Below are positions 9,134-19,900 of a stretch of 64,000 nucleotides of DNA, piece by piece (the first letter of the stretch is position 1; every line of letters begins with the position of its first letter). The stretch is from an uncultured Gemmatimonadota bacterium (lineage in GTDB: Bacteria; SM23-81; DAOVCL01). The notes below the pieces were generated by a model. That model had not been told where the DNA came from and searched no databases. It saw only the letters and a list, made by a program, of their open reading frames with translations. The position numbers and the translations under genes are program-made. The stretch is taken from the NCBI GenBank assembly GCA_964626665.1, contig CAZVGK010000006.1:32001-96000 (forward strand), written 5' to 3'.

Positions 9134-9541
9134 TTATCTCCCCCGAAAGAATACAGAGTAAGTGTTGTAAAACTCCTTTAGAGCCGTCTCGATCTTCTCA
9201 AACTCAATTAGGTGCTTTTTGCAGCCCCGACGGGTGCAAATTTCCACAACTCCGCCCCTGGCAAGCCACATAGGGGCCATAGGTGCGCCGCATTGCTCGC
9301 AGGTCCTGGTGGACTTAAGCTCGGCTTCACAGAAGGGGCAGAAAAACCTAACTACCGTCCCTTGAGAGATGGGATACTCTGTCTCAACCTCGTAGCTTCC
9401 ATAAAGGGCACTTAATCGAACCCATCCCCGCTTCCCATCAAACTCCGCGACAATTCCGACACTGGGGTGGCCATCTATCTTGTGTTCGTTATCCATCAAT
9501 GACTGTTTACAATGTGGACAAATAACTTTCAAAGGGATCAT
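9134..9541 (-). CDS. Cys-rich hypothetical protein (probable metal-binding accessory subunit)
   Basis: CPHC, CPFC, CEQC, CTRRGCKKH; GAGGAG RBS; 2-nt gap to the NuoE-like gene. Confidence 0.75.
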   Translation of the reverse strand: MIPLKVICPHCKQSLMDNEHKIDGHPSVGIVAEFDGKRGWVRLSALYGSYEVETEYPISQGTVVRFFCPFCEAELKSTRTCEQCGAPMAPMWLARGGVVEICTRRGCKKHLIEFEKIETALKEFYNTYSVFFRGR

Positions 9542-9783
9542 AAGTTATCTCCTCAAGATTTTGTGCTACTTTAACATTTCGGAATTTTTAAGAAATTCTG
9601 AAATGTCGGGGGTTATTTGAAGTCCTGCACTTATGCATAAGTGCAGGATTCAATCATGACAGCGGAGCACCAGAGGGTCGGTGCTCCGCCAGCTCACACC
9701 GAAATTAAGTTAGCGACCGACGGAGCTACTATTGGGGACATTAAATAGCGCTTGTCCGAAAAGTACGTAGCTTCGTCTTTTGA

Positions 9784-9886
9784 TGTCATTGCGAGCGACT
9801 GTAAGGAGCGAAGCAATCTGTTTAATATCAGGAGATTGCTTCGGCCAGTTCCCTCACTTGCGCTCGGAACAAGCCTCGCAATGACA
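9784..9886. repeat. TGTCATTGCGAG...GCAATCT palindromic element family
   Basis: Two arms in inverted orientation; the right arm is the near-exact reverse complement of 31532..31586. Further arms at about 35522 and 36891. Confidence 0.75.
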
Positions 9887-9924
9887 CTATGCTGAAAGAA
9901 TAGACGCTTGTAGCTAAAGATGAA

Positions 9925-11205
9925 CTAAGCGTAAAGCCCTCGGCTCTCGGCAGCCTGGGTCACCCTTTGGATGCCGACGATGAATGCCGCCGTCCGCATT
10001 TTCACCTTATATTCTTTAGCGGTTGCCATAACGGCGTTGAAGGCATTGACCATCACTCTTTCCAAATCCTCGTTCACCCGCTCCTCCGTCCAGTAGTACC
10101 CCATCCGATTCTGTACCCACTCGAGATAGGAGACCGTCACCCCTCCTGCGTTGCAAAGAATATCCGGGATAATGTGAACTCCCTTCTTGTAGAGAATAGC
10201 ATCGGCCTCAGGAGTTGTGGGACCGTTGGCCCCTTCAGCAAGCGCTTTTGCCTTGATTCGATCTGCATTTTCCTCTGTAATCTGCTCCTCAAGGGCTGCA
10301 GGAATGAGAATATCCACATCCTCTTCCAAAAGCTTCATAGGGTTATCGTACTTCTTGACCTTACCCATTTTCTCGAAGCCTTTTAGCGTCTTGGTCAACG
10401 TTTTGTGGGTATACTCGATGGCTTCTTTCATCGGGATTCCTTCTTTACTGTAAAAACCACCGTCGATATCGGAAATGGCCACAATCCTGGCTCCCATTTC
10501 CTCCAGGATCTCTCCTGCGAAAGAACCGACGTTCCCAAAGCCCTGAATGGCAACCGTCGCTTCGCTTAAATCTATTCCTATATGTTTGGCCATCTCCCGC
10601 ACGCAAATTGCCAGCCCTCTTGAAGTGGCCTTCTTCCTTCCTTCAGACCCGCACATCTCCAGAGGCTTGCCAGTAATCACCGCTGGAAGGAACCTCTTGT
10701 GGTGCATCGAATAGGTGTCCATCATCCAGCCCATGATCTGGGAGGTCGTGTTCACATCCGGGGCGGGTATGTCCTGATCCGGCCCGAAGAGATCCGACAT
10801 CTCCGCCATATATCTCCGGGAGACACGCTCCAGCTCATGATTGGAAAGATTCCTCGGATCTACTATCACGCCTCCCTTCCCACCACCAAAAGGCACGCCT
10901 ACTACCGCACATTTGTAGGTCATCCAGAAGGCAAGTGCCTTCACTTCATCCACCGTTACATTCTGGTGAAATCGAATCCCACCCTTTGCCGGTCCACGGA
11001 TGACCGAGTGTTGAACTCGGTAGCCCTTGAAAATTTGGATAGAACCGTCGTCCATCCGAATCGGCAGATTTACCTCTGTCACCCTGCGGGGTTCCTTGAT
11101 CAAGGCAATCTGGTTCTCCGTGAGATGGAGTATTTTAGCTGCCTGATCAAACTGCAGCATTGCCATCTGGAAAGGGGTGAGCTTTTTGGTGATCTTCTCA
11201 GCCAT
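9925..11205 (-). CDS. gdhA: Glu/Leu/Phe/Val dehydrogenase (glutamate dehydrogenase)
   Basis: GPAKGGIRF, GGGKGG, DIPAPDV, QGFGNVG, EGANGP, NAGGVTVSY; start at ATG 11205 after GAGGAGG. Confidence 0.92.
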   Translation of the reverse strand: MAEKITKKLTPFQMAMLQFDQAAKILHLTENQIALIKEPRRVTEVNLPIRMDDGSIQIFKGYRVQHSVIRGPAKGGIRFHQNVTVDEVKALAFWMTYKCAVVGVPFGGGKGGVIVDPRNLSNHELERVSRRYMAEMSDLFGPDQDIPAPDVNTTSQIMGWMMDTYSMHHKRFLPAVITGKPLEMCGSEGRKKATSRGLAICVREMAKHIGIDLSEATVAIQGFGNVGSFAGEILEEMGARIVAISDIDGGFYSKEGIPMKEAIEYTHKTLTKTLKGFEKMGKVKKYDNPMKLLEEDVDILIPAALEEQITEENADRIKAKALAEGANGPTTPEADAILYKKGVHIIPDILCNAGGVTVSYLEWVQNRMGYYWTEERVNEDLERVMVNAFNAVMATAKEYKVKMRTAAFIVGIQRVTQAAESRGLYA

Positions 11206-11252
11206 TTCGGCTACCTCCTCCGAAATTGAAGTTTGGCTAAAACTATAAAGCA

Positions 11253-11281
11253 AAAATAATATAGTGACTCATCACTGTCAA
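11253..11281 (-). promoter_or_regulatory. sigma70-type promoter of gdhA
   Basis: TTGACA-17 nt-TATTTT on the minus strand. Confidence 0.6.
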
Positions 11282-11515
11282 GATTTATTTTTTTCGATTT
11301 GGGAAAAATTTCACAAGAACCCTGTCTTTTGTGGCTTGACAGAGGGGGAAAAGATTTGTAATTTCTTAGAGGCAATTCCAGATCCAAAGGGACCTTTTCC
11401 ATGTTCTTTGTGGATGTTATCATCCACAAAAAGACTTTCTCCGTCAGGGCAGGAGCCCTGGCAGCACAGAGAGGAGATAATGAGTAGCCCACTTTATAAA
11501 AGATCTACCCCCTAA

Positions 11516-12862
11516 GTGACCAGGGCAAAAAGGGATTTGACCCAGGGGAGCATTCCCCGGAATCTCATAACCCTGGCCCTGCCTCTGATCGCCGCCAACC
11601 TCTTGCAGACCACCTTTAACATAGTGGATATGCTCTTCGTAGGAAGGTTAGGGCCCCAGGCCATTGCTGCCATCTCCTTAGCTGGGGTGCTGTTGATGTT
11701 CTTGATGACCATTGCCATTGGCCTGGCTACTGGAACTCAGGCGATGATCTCCCGTTTCATCGGTGCCCAAAGGCCAAAGGAGGCGGAGGCGGTAGCCATC
11801 CAATCCCTCCTTCTGGGCCTCTTCTCCTCATTTCTGCTCTCCATCGTTGGTTTTTTTCTCTCACCTCTTCTCCTTGAACTGGTAGGGGCTAAGGGTGAGG
11901 TTTTCGTTTTAGGTAATGGTTATCTGCGGATTATGTTCTCTGGCATCTACACGGTTTTCCTCCTTTTCCTGGTCAGTGCCATCTTCCAGGGGGTGGGGAA
12001 TACGGTTACCCCAATGAAGATTCTCATCTTTTCTACCATCTCCAATATAGTCTTGGATCCTCTCCTTATTTTTGGCCTATGGTATTTCCCCCGCTGGGGG
12101 GTGAATGGGGCCGCTATTGCTACCGTCACGGCCAGAGGCCTGGGTATGATTGTAGGCATATACCTCCTCTTTAAGGGTAGATTGGGTATTCACCTCCATC
12201 TGAGGAAGATTCAGATGGATCTGGGGATGATGTGGCGGATCATCCGGATTGGGCTGTTTGCCTCCATCCAGGCTATCTTAAGGAATATCTCTCTGATAGT
12301 TATTGCTCGCATTGTTGCTTCCTTTGGCACCTTTGCCATCGCTGCCTATGGTATAGGAATGAGAGTGAGGATGGTGGTGATGATGCCCGGTTTCGGTTTG
12401 GCGGCAGCCACCGCGGTTTTGGTGGGCCAGAACCTGGGGGCAAAGAATCCGCGGAGGGCAGAGAAGAGCGGACTTTTCTCCTGCCTCTATTATGGTCTCT
12501 TTATGATCCTTGCCGGTGGTCTCTTCTTCGGCTTCGCCCATCCCATTGTCTCTGCCTTCAATTCACAGCCCGATGTGGTCAGGATAGGCGGTAACTATTT
12601 GCATATCCTCACTTTGAGTTTTGTCTTTTTAGGGACTTCTATTGTCTTGAGCAGGGCGATGAATGGAGCGGGGGATACCATCTCACCGATGGTCATCACT
12701 GGCTTTACCCTTCTTATCCTGCGTATTCCCCTTTGTCTTCTTCTCTCCTATAGTCTGGAAACAACCGGCATCTGGGCAGGGCTGGCCCTCTCCGATCTGG
12801 CCAATGGACTGATCACCTTTGGCTGGTTTCAACAGGGCAGATGGAAGAGGAGGAAGGTGTAG
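11516..12862 (+). CDS. MATE family efflux transporter
   Basis: DLTQGSI...LALP, NIVLDPLLIFG, GAAIAT, GQNLGAK; about 12 hydrophobic segments. Confidence 0.93.
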   Translation: MTRAKRDLTQGSIPRNLITLALPLIAANLLQTTFNIVDMLFVGRLGPQAIAAISLAGVLLMFLMTIAIGLATGTQAMISRFIGAQRPKEAEAVAIQSLLLGLFSSFLLSIVGFFLSPLLLELVGAKGEVFVLGNGYLRIMFSGIYTVFLLFLVSAIFQGVGNTVTPMKILIFSTISNIVLDPLLIFGLWYFPRWGVNGAAIATVTARGLGMIVGIYLLFKGRLGIHLHLRKIQMDLGMMWRIIRIGLFASIQAILRNISLIVIARIVASFGTFAIAAYGIGMRVRMVVMMPGFGLAAATAVLVGQNLGAKNPRRAEKSGLFSCLYYGLFMILAGGLFFGFAHPIVSAFNSQPDVVRIGGNYLHILTLSFVFLGTSIVLSRAMNGAGDTISPMVITGFTLLILRIPLCLLLSYSLETTGIWAGLALSDLANGLITFGWFQQGRWKRRKV

Positions 12863-13082
12863 TTGCCACCTTAGAGGTTATGGCAACTTTTGCAGTATGG
12901 GGCTTAGTTCTTTCCCTTGGATGAAAAAGGTTTGGTTCTGGGGATCGATAGAATATTCACCCTCTCCTTAGTCCTCTCCCGTCAAGGGGGAGGAGGCTAT
13001 TTAGGATGTCCCGCTCTGTGCTACAAAAATCTTGCCAGATTGTGTTTCGGACAAGGTTTTTTAGGTTGTTTGCGCTTCCAAT

Positions 13083-13399
13083 TTCTACCGCACTTTAGTG
13101 CGGGTTAAGGGCCTTTAGGCCCCCGTGGGTTAAATCCAGAGAACGGGCTAAAGCCCTAAAGACGCCGACTAAAGTCGGGTAGAAAACTCTGTGTTGCTCC
13201 GTGTAAGTCCGTGGTAAGTTTTCTTCTTTTCTACCGCACTTTAGTGCGGGTTAAGGGCCTTTAGGCCCCCGTGGGTTAAATCCAGAGAACGGGCTAAAGC
13301 CCTAAAGACGCCGACTAAAGTCGGGTAGAAAACTCTGTGTTGCTCCGTGTAAGTCCGTGGTAAGTTTTCTTCTGTTCTACCGCACTTTAGTGCAGGTTA
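13083..13399. repeat. Tandem duplication of a 146-bp REP-rich unit (2 copies plus a partial third)
   Basis: CTACCGCACTTTAGTGC starts at 13085, 13231 and 13377; the unit carries hairpins CCGCACTTTAGTGCGG, GGGCTAAAGCCC and CCGACTAAAGTCGG. Confidence 0.9.
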
Positions 13400-13754
13400 C
13401 TATGGAGTGTGGTAACTACTGTTGACGTATGCTGTGACAGGAGTCACAGCACTCCAAACGGGCTAAAGCCGGGTAGAACAGCCTCATATATCCCTTTGGC
13501 TGCCTCTTTTCCGTAAACATCTCCTCAAGCGATGGCTTCGCAGCACACCTCTCTTTTCTCATAATACAGCAAAAAGGGTGGCTTGCCCCTCTTGGTTTTG
13601 CATTCCGAGAGCCTTAGGGTAAATTGCAATTCCCAAACCCCTGGTCGAACCCAACTCTGCTACATATTTTAAGAAAAATCATTCTCTTTAATCCCTTGAT
13701 AAGGAACGAATTATGATTTAAAGGGGGGAGTATTCCCTTTTAGGTATGATTGTA

Positions 13755-13770
13755 TGGCAAGGGGATTGCT
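13755..13770 (+). promoter_or_regulatory. sigma54 (-24/-12) promoter heading the signalling cluster
   Basis: TGGCAAGGGGATTGCT, GG-N10-GC spacing, about 60 nt before the HTH gene. Confidence 0.7.
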
Positions 13771-13831
13771 ATGTAACTTCTGCAGACAAATGGGAACAGT
13801 TAAGCAGAAAAGAGCAAAAGGAGGGCTACCG

Positions 13832-14002
13832 ATGCATGAGGTGATGAAGGCTGCCGAGGCAGCAGAATATCTCCGGTTTCATGTGAAAACCCTCTGCAGG
13901 CTAGCCAGGATGGGAAAGGTGCCCGCCTGCAAGGTGGGTAACGAATGGAGATTTGTCAAGGAAACCCTGGATCGTTGGCTACGAACCTGGGGCGACAGAT
14001 AA
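13832..14002 (+). CDS. Small excisionase/MerR-like HTH DNA-binding protein
   Basis: MHEVMKAAEAAEYLRFHVKTLCRLARMGKVPACKVGNEWRF; AAGGAGG RBS before ATG 13832. Confidence 0.88.
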   Translation: MHEVMKAAEAAEYLRFHVKTLCRLARMGKVPACKVGNEWRFVKETLDRWLRTWGDR

Positions 14003-14024
14003 CCATAAAAACACCCGGAGGACA

Positions 14025-15674
14025 ATGGAAGATCTGGGCTCTCAGATAGAACAGTTGAGTAAGAGGGTGGAGAATATGGAGAGGATGGTGGAGGGGATTC
14101 ACCGGGTAAGCCTGGAGATGGTGGGGAGCTACAAGGTGAAGCTCACTATGGAGCTTGTTTTTGGTCTCTTGAGCGAGTTCTATGGTTGTGGGAAGGGGGT
14201 TCTTCTCTGGAGGAAAGGGGCTAATTTCGTTCCGGCAGGTGCTTGGGGGATGAGGGGGATGGATGATGAATGGCGGATAGAGGCAAAGAGATTTTTCCCT
14301 TACTTAAAGGGTGAGAGGGAGCCATTCCCCCTTTCCCGTCTACCTGCAGCCCTTTTGCCTCCTTCCTTGGATGGTTTGCATATCCTTCTTCCCCTGCGTG
14401 GGAAGAGGGGGCTTATGGGGATACTCCTTTTAGGCCCGGAGGGTGAAATAGCCTGGGAACCGACGGAGGAAAGGATTCTACAGGTATTAGCTAATTTCCT
14501 GGTTCTTTCCCTGCAGAAGGAGAGGCTCTACCTGAAGGCCACTAACCTCTCTAAGAGGTTCAAGGCGCAATTGGAGTTGGCCACCAGGGAGTTGCGGGCG
14601 CTCAACAAAGAGTTGAAGAAGAAGATATACAACCTCCACAACCTATTCCAGGTGAGCACTAACGTTTATGCCATATTTGACATTAATCATCTCTTCAATT
14701 CGCTACTTCTCACCATATTGGGTCAATTGGGGGCCAAAAGTGCCACCATTTTTCTGACGGCTGGGGATGGAGAAGGGAGGTTAATCCCCAAATTTTATAA
14801 GGGGATGAGAAGCGAGGAGATTTCCAACCTGGTTTTGAAAAGGAAGGGAGGGTTCCCTCGTTTCATCGCCGGGAAGGGGATACCTGTTCTGGCCTCCCAG
14901 ATCGATGAGTCCCTATCTAAGGAAAGGGAGTTTGCCCAGCTAAGAGAACTTGAACTTGAGCTCTTCGCCCCTCTCTTGGTATCGGGGGAACTGATGGGCA
15001 TACTGGCCTTAGGGGGAAGGATGAACGGAGAGCCCTATCACCCAGAGGATCTGGAGATGCTGGCCATTCTCACCAATATGGCGGGGGTGGCCATTGGAAA
15101 TGTGAAGGAGTATAAGAAGGTGGAGAAGCTTTCCTATACCGATGGGATGACCGATCTCCACAACTACCGGTATTTTTCTAACCGCTTAGAGGAGGAGATA
15201 ATTAGGGCAAAGAGGTATGATCGCCCTCTCTCCCTGATAATCTTGGATGTCGACTACTTTAAGAACTACAACGATAACTTAGGGCATCAACAGGGCGATC
15301 TGGCCCTGCGTGAGCTCTCCGAGATATTGAGGAAATCTGTGCGCAAGATCGATGTTGTCTCCAGATATGGGGGGGAGGAATTCTGTGTGATCATGCCTGA
15401 GGTGAAGAGTGCGGGCTGTAAGAAGTTTATGGAGAGGCTGCGGAAGAAGGTGGAAGATCATCATTTCCCGGGGGAGGAGGTGCAACCGCAGGGGCAAATC
15501 ACCATAAGTCTGGGCGGGGCAACTTTCCCCCAGGATGCAGCCGCTATGGACGAACTCATCTACAAGGCGGATTTCTCCCTCTATGAAGCTAAGAGGAAAG
15601 GCCGGAACTGCTCGGTTAGCTATGGGGGGTCACCCCCAACTCGGAAGATTATGCCAGCAATCCTGCGAGGTTGA
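14025..15674 (+). CDS. GAF-GAF-GGDEF diguanylate cyclase
   Basis: DVDYFKNYND, RKID I-site, RYGGEEF; start reassigned to ATG 14025 after GGAGGA. Confidence 0.9.
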   Translation: MEDLGSQIEQLSKRVENMERMVEGIHRVSLEMVGSYKVKLTMELVFGLLSEFYGCGKGVLLWRKGANFVPAGAWGMRGMDDEWRIEAKRFFPYLKGEREPFPLSRLPAALLPPSLDGLHILLPLRGKRGLMGILLLGPEGEIAWEPTEERILQVLANFLVLSLQKERLYLKATNLSKRFKAQLELATRELRALNKELKKKIYNLHNLFQVSTNVYAIFDINHLFNSLLLTILGQLGAKSATIFLTAGDGEGRLIPKFYKGMRSEEISNLVLKRKGGFPRFIAGKGIPVLASQIDESLSKEREFAQLRELELELFAPLLVSGELMGILALGGRMNGEPYHPEDLEMLAILTNMAGVAIGNVKEYKKVEKLSYTDGMTDLHNYRYFSNRLEEEIIRAKRYDRPLSLIILDVDYFKNYNDNLGHQQGDLALRELSEILRKSVRKIDVVSRYGGEEFCVIMPEVKSAGCKKFMERLRKKVEDHHFPGEEVQPQGQITISLGGATFPQDAAAMDELIYKADFSLYEAKRKGRNCSVSYGGSPPTRKIMPAILRG

Positions 15675-15693
15675 GATGGAAGGAGTTAAGCAA

Positions 15694-16890
15694 ATGGGGA
15701 TTTCCCCGGGGAGTGAAGATTGGTCGGATCTCAACCGGGAGTTGAAGAGGAAGATCTTTGACTTGAGTAGCATCTATGACCTCTCCAGTCAGTTACAGAA
15801 GGAAGAGGACATGGAGAGGTTGGTCAACATCTTCCTCCTTAGCTTGGTGGGCAAGCTGGGATGTGTATCAGCCTCCCTCCTCTTACCCGATGAGAAGGGG
15901 ACCTTCAGGGTTAAGTACGGTAAGGGAGTTAATTGGGAGAGGGCAGCCCAGCTAAGGGTTACGGGGGAGTCTCCCCTTTGGGAGGAGTTAAGGAGAGAGG
16001 GTTATTTTTTCAGCGAGAGCGTAGCTCAGAGGGCGGAGAGGGATGTGCGCAGGATAATCCAGGCTACCGGAGCCAAGCTCCTCTTCTTTATCCCCTTCCG
16101 GGATGGGCAAAAGGCCTGCTTGACCTTGGGGGATAAGGTATCGCGAAGCCCGATCCGGGAGGAGGACCTGCAGATAATCTCTATCCTCTCCCATCAGATG
16201 TCTGCTGCCCTGGAGAGCCTGGTCCTCTTCAAGGAACTGAAGGATATGTATACCAGCGCGGTGATGGCCCTGATCGCCGCCGTGGAGGCGCGGGACCCAT
16301 ATACCAAGGGGCATGCGGAGCGCACCAGTCGTTGGGCAGTGAAGATCGCGCGGGAGATGGGAATGGGGGGCGAGGAGTTAAAGAGGTTTGGCTTCAATGT
16401 CCTTCTCCACGACATCGGGAAAATCGGCCTGAAAGAGAGCATAATCTGGAACCATCCGGGCAATCCCCTCACCCCCCTGCAGTGGGAGGAGGTGAGGTTA
16501 CATCCCCAGGTGGGGGCCAAAATCCTGCGGGAGGCTAAGTTCTTAGATGAGGCGGTGGAACTGGCCCTCCGTCATCACGAGAGGTTTGATGGGAAGGGTT
16601 ACCCGGATGGGCTCAAAAGGGAGGAGATTCCCCTCAAGGTGAGGATATTGAGTGTGGCCGATTCTTATGATGCGATGATCATCGATCGGCCTTACCGCAA
16701 GGCCCTCTCCCCCCAGGAGGCAATGGGGGAGTTGATCGGGGGCCAGGGGACCCAGTTTGACCCTCAGGTGGTGGATGCTTTTCTGCGGGTTTTGCAGAAG
16801 GATCAGCTTTCGCAGGTTATCGCGGATCTCGCCCAGGGAGCAACCCTCCCCAAGGGGAGTTCTGGGGACGTTTCCCCAATGGTTAATTAG
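15694..16890 (+). CDS. GAF + HD-GYP phosphodiesterase
   Basis: ARDPYTKGH, HDIGK, HHERFDGKGYP, DRPYR; start at 15694 (AAGGAG RBS) or 15676. Confidence 0.9.
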   Translation: MGISPGSEDWSDLNRELKRKIFDLSSIYDLSSQLQKEEDMERLVNIFLLSLVGKLGCVSASLLLPDEKGTFRVKYGKGVNWERAAQLRVTGESPLWEELRREGYFFSESVAQRAERDVRRIIQATGAKLLFFIPFRDGQKACLTLGDKVSRSPIREEDLQIISILSHQMSAALESLVLFKELKDMYTSAVMALIAAVEARDPYTKGHAERTSRWAVKIAREMGMGGEELKRFGFNVLLHDIGKIGLKESIIWNHPGNPLTPLQWEEVRLHPQVGAKILREAKFLDEAVELALRHHERFDGKGYPDGLKREEIPLKVRILSVADSYDAMIIDRPYRKALSPQEAMGELIGGQGTQFDPQVVDAFLRVLQKDQLSQVIADLAQGATLPKGSSGDVSPMVN

Positions 16891-16924
16891 GTTGTTGATG
16901 CCAGACGATAGGAGGAGATAAAAG

Positions 16925-19900
16925 GTGAGAACGGTTGACGGAAGGTATGAGCTGGTAAAAAAGTTGGGAGAGGGGGGGATGGGGGAGGTCTGGCTGGTCA
17001 AGGACAGGGAGAATGAAGGCAAGGAGATGGCCCTGAAGGCTATCTCCCCCCAGGTGATCGGGGGGAAGGGAAGCGGATGCTTCCAGCACGAATTTGAGTT
17101 GCTCAGCAAATTGCGGCATCCCAATCTGGTGGAGGTGTATGATTTTGGCCAGGCCGAGGTGGGTTGTTTCTTTACCATGGAGTATGTGATCGGGGAGGAT
17201 CTCTTCTCCTATGCCCAAAAGAACCCGCCCTCCCAGCTTATGGAGGTGGTGGTGGGGGTGCTGCGGGCTTTGGAGTATATCCATTCTCGGGGGCTCATCC
17301 ATTATGATGTGAAGCCGGAGAATGTTAGAATAGGGAAGAAGGGGCAGGTGGTCAAGCTGATGGACTTGGGTTTAGCCGGGGAGGGGGGGATGACCGCTGC
17401 GGGGAGGGTAAAGGGAACATTGGCCTACATCGCCCCGGAGATAGCCCGGGGGATAGAGGTGGATAAGAGGGCAGACCTCTACTCTTTAGGTGTTACCCTC
17501 TGGTATATACTCAGCGGTGAGCTTCCCTATGGGGGGAAAACCCCCTGGGAGGTGATGAGAAGTCAGGTGGGTAAAGGGGGCCTTGCGGTTCCCGCCAACT
17601 TTGCCCCGCCCTGGAAGGATGTTCTCCTCAAACTGCTCTCCCCAGAGCCCTCCGAGAGATATTCCAGCGCTAACGAAGTGATCAGGGCGATCAGCAAGCT
17701 TACTGGGAAGAAGTTTCCTACTGAAACCCAGGAAACGAAGATAAGCTACATATTGAGTGGGAAGTTTGTGGGCCGAGCCAAGGAGCTAAAGCGGCTTACG
17801 CAGATTATGAAGGGAAGGTTTACTGGTGATGGGGGAGGGGAACCGGCCCTGGTTCTCTTAAAGGGGGAAAGGGGGGTGGGGAAGAAGAGGCTCTTGCGGG
17901 AGTTGAAGTATAGGGCCCAATTGGAGGGGTTTAGCTTCTACTCGGGCAGGTGCTATGAGGAGGGGGGAGACCCCTACGGGCCCTGGGCGGAGATACTCCG
18001 TCGGCTGGTGGTGACCTTGAATATGGAAGATCCGACGCTGCAGCCATATTCGCCGGAGTTAGTGAAGCTCCTTCCCTCCCTCATCGCTGCCCAACCCGCA
18101 CCGGAGCTGGAGCCAGGCCAGGAGAAGCTGCGGCTCCACGAGACGCTCACCAACTTCTTCGGCCAGATCTCCTCGGCCAAGCCCCTTTTGTTGAACCTCA
18201 CCGATATGCAGTGGGCGGATGAGGGAACCCTGGAATTCCTCTCCTATCTGGCCAGGAATAGCAGGCAGGAGAAGATATTCATCTGTTGCGCCCTGCAGGA
18301 TGGTGAAGGGCAACCGGCCCTCATAAAGGGGATGGAGGGCGAGGACTATTGCCAGACCATTTCCCTGGACAGGTTGAGGACAGCCGAGATGGAGGAGCTG
18401 ATTGCCTCTATGTTAGGGATCAAGCAGGTTCCCCCAGGGTTGGAGGGGAAGGTGATTAAGCGGACTGGCGGCAACTCCCTGTTGTTGGAGGAGACGATGA
18501 AATCCCTCAGCGAGGAGGGGATCATCTACCGCCAGGACGGTAGGTGGAGATGTAACTCAGATCGGCTAACCGCATTTGAGGTCCCTGGTTCGGTAAGTGG
18601 GGCGGTGGAGAAGAGGTTAGAGAGACTCTCCCCTGAGGAGTTAAAGGTTTTACGGGCACTTGCGGTGATCAACCATCCGGTTGAATTGCAACTCCTCTGG
18701 AAGATCCTCTCCTTGCCCCCCGAGGGCCTGCATGTAGTGGTTGCCGATTTGGAGGCCAAAAGGTTGGTGAGGAAGAGCTGGCACTCCGGGAGACCTATCG
18801 GGGAGATCTCCCAACAGACCACCTCCAACCTGGTCTATTCCCGCATCCCTGCCCAGGAGAGGAAAACCTTACATCAGAAGGTGGGGTCAGTGCTGGAAAA
18901 GGGGAAGGTGGGAGCAGAGGAGCTTGCCTACCACTTCCAGAGGGGTTTAGGAGGGGCCAAGGTGGCCACCTATTGCTGGAAGGCGGGGCTGAGGGCCAAG
19001 AAGCTTTATAGCAATGAGAGCACCATCTCCTACTTCCAGTCTGCCTTGGAAAATTTGGGGGAGGAGAAGAGAGGGCTCAGGGCCAAAATCCTTGGTGAAT
19101 TGGGGGAAGTCTTTAGGCATACCGGTGAGTTGGAAAAGGCTATCCAGGTCTATGAACAGGTTTTAAGGGATTATGGCGCGGAGTTGAACCAGCGACCAAA
19201 GGTGCAGCTTCATATCAAGTTGGCCACTGCCTGGGAGAACAGGTCGCAGTATGAAAAGGCCCTGGCTGTGCTCCAGGAGGGAAGGGAGTTTTTGGGGGAG
19301 GGGGCGCAGGGGAGGCTTCCTGCCGAAATCATGGCGGATATGGCTATGGTGGAGCTGAGGAAAGGTGATTTTGACTCCTGCTTGCGGCTCGGCCAGCAGG
19401 GTTTGCAGGTTTTAGGCTCCCGAAAGACCTGCCGGGAGGGTGGGCTGCTCTATAATGTGCTGGGAAATGCTTACTTCTACCGAGGAGAGCCCAAGAAGGC
19501 GGAGAAGTTCTACCAGAAGAGCCTGGGGATAAGGGAGAAATTGGGGAATCAGAGAGCCGTCTCTTCATCGCTGAACAACTTGGGGAACATCTACTTCATG
19601 CAGGGGGAACACAGCAAGGCTGTGGACTACCATACCCGCAGTATGGAGATATCCGAGAGGATCGGAAACATTATGGGTGTCTCCGGTTCCCACATCAACC
19701 TGGGCAATATCTACCAGGTAGGGGGGCAACCCTCTAAGGCATTAAGCTACTTTCAGAAATCCTTGGAGATTAACCAGCGGGTGGGGGATAAAAATGGGCA
19801 GGCCTCCTGTATGAACAATATCGCTGGCATCCGCATAGACAAAGGTGACCTCCAGGGGGCAGCCGACCTCTTCCAGTCCAGTCAAGAGATCTTTCGCCAG

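Noticed and set aside
13083-13399. Possible CRISPR array
   Set aside because: Units are identical over the full 146 bp (no unique spacers) and no cas genes are present.
13832-14002. Prophage/ICE excisionase
   Set aside because: No integrase or phage genes; it heads a signalling cluster, so it is more likely a regulator.
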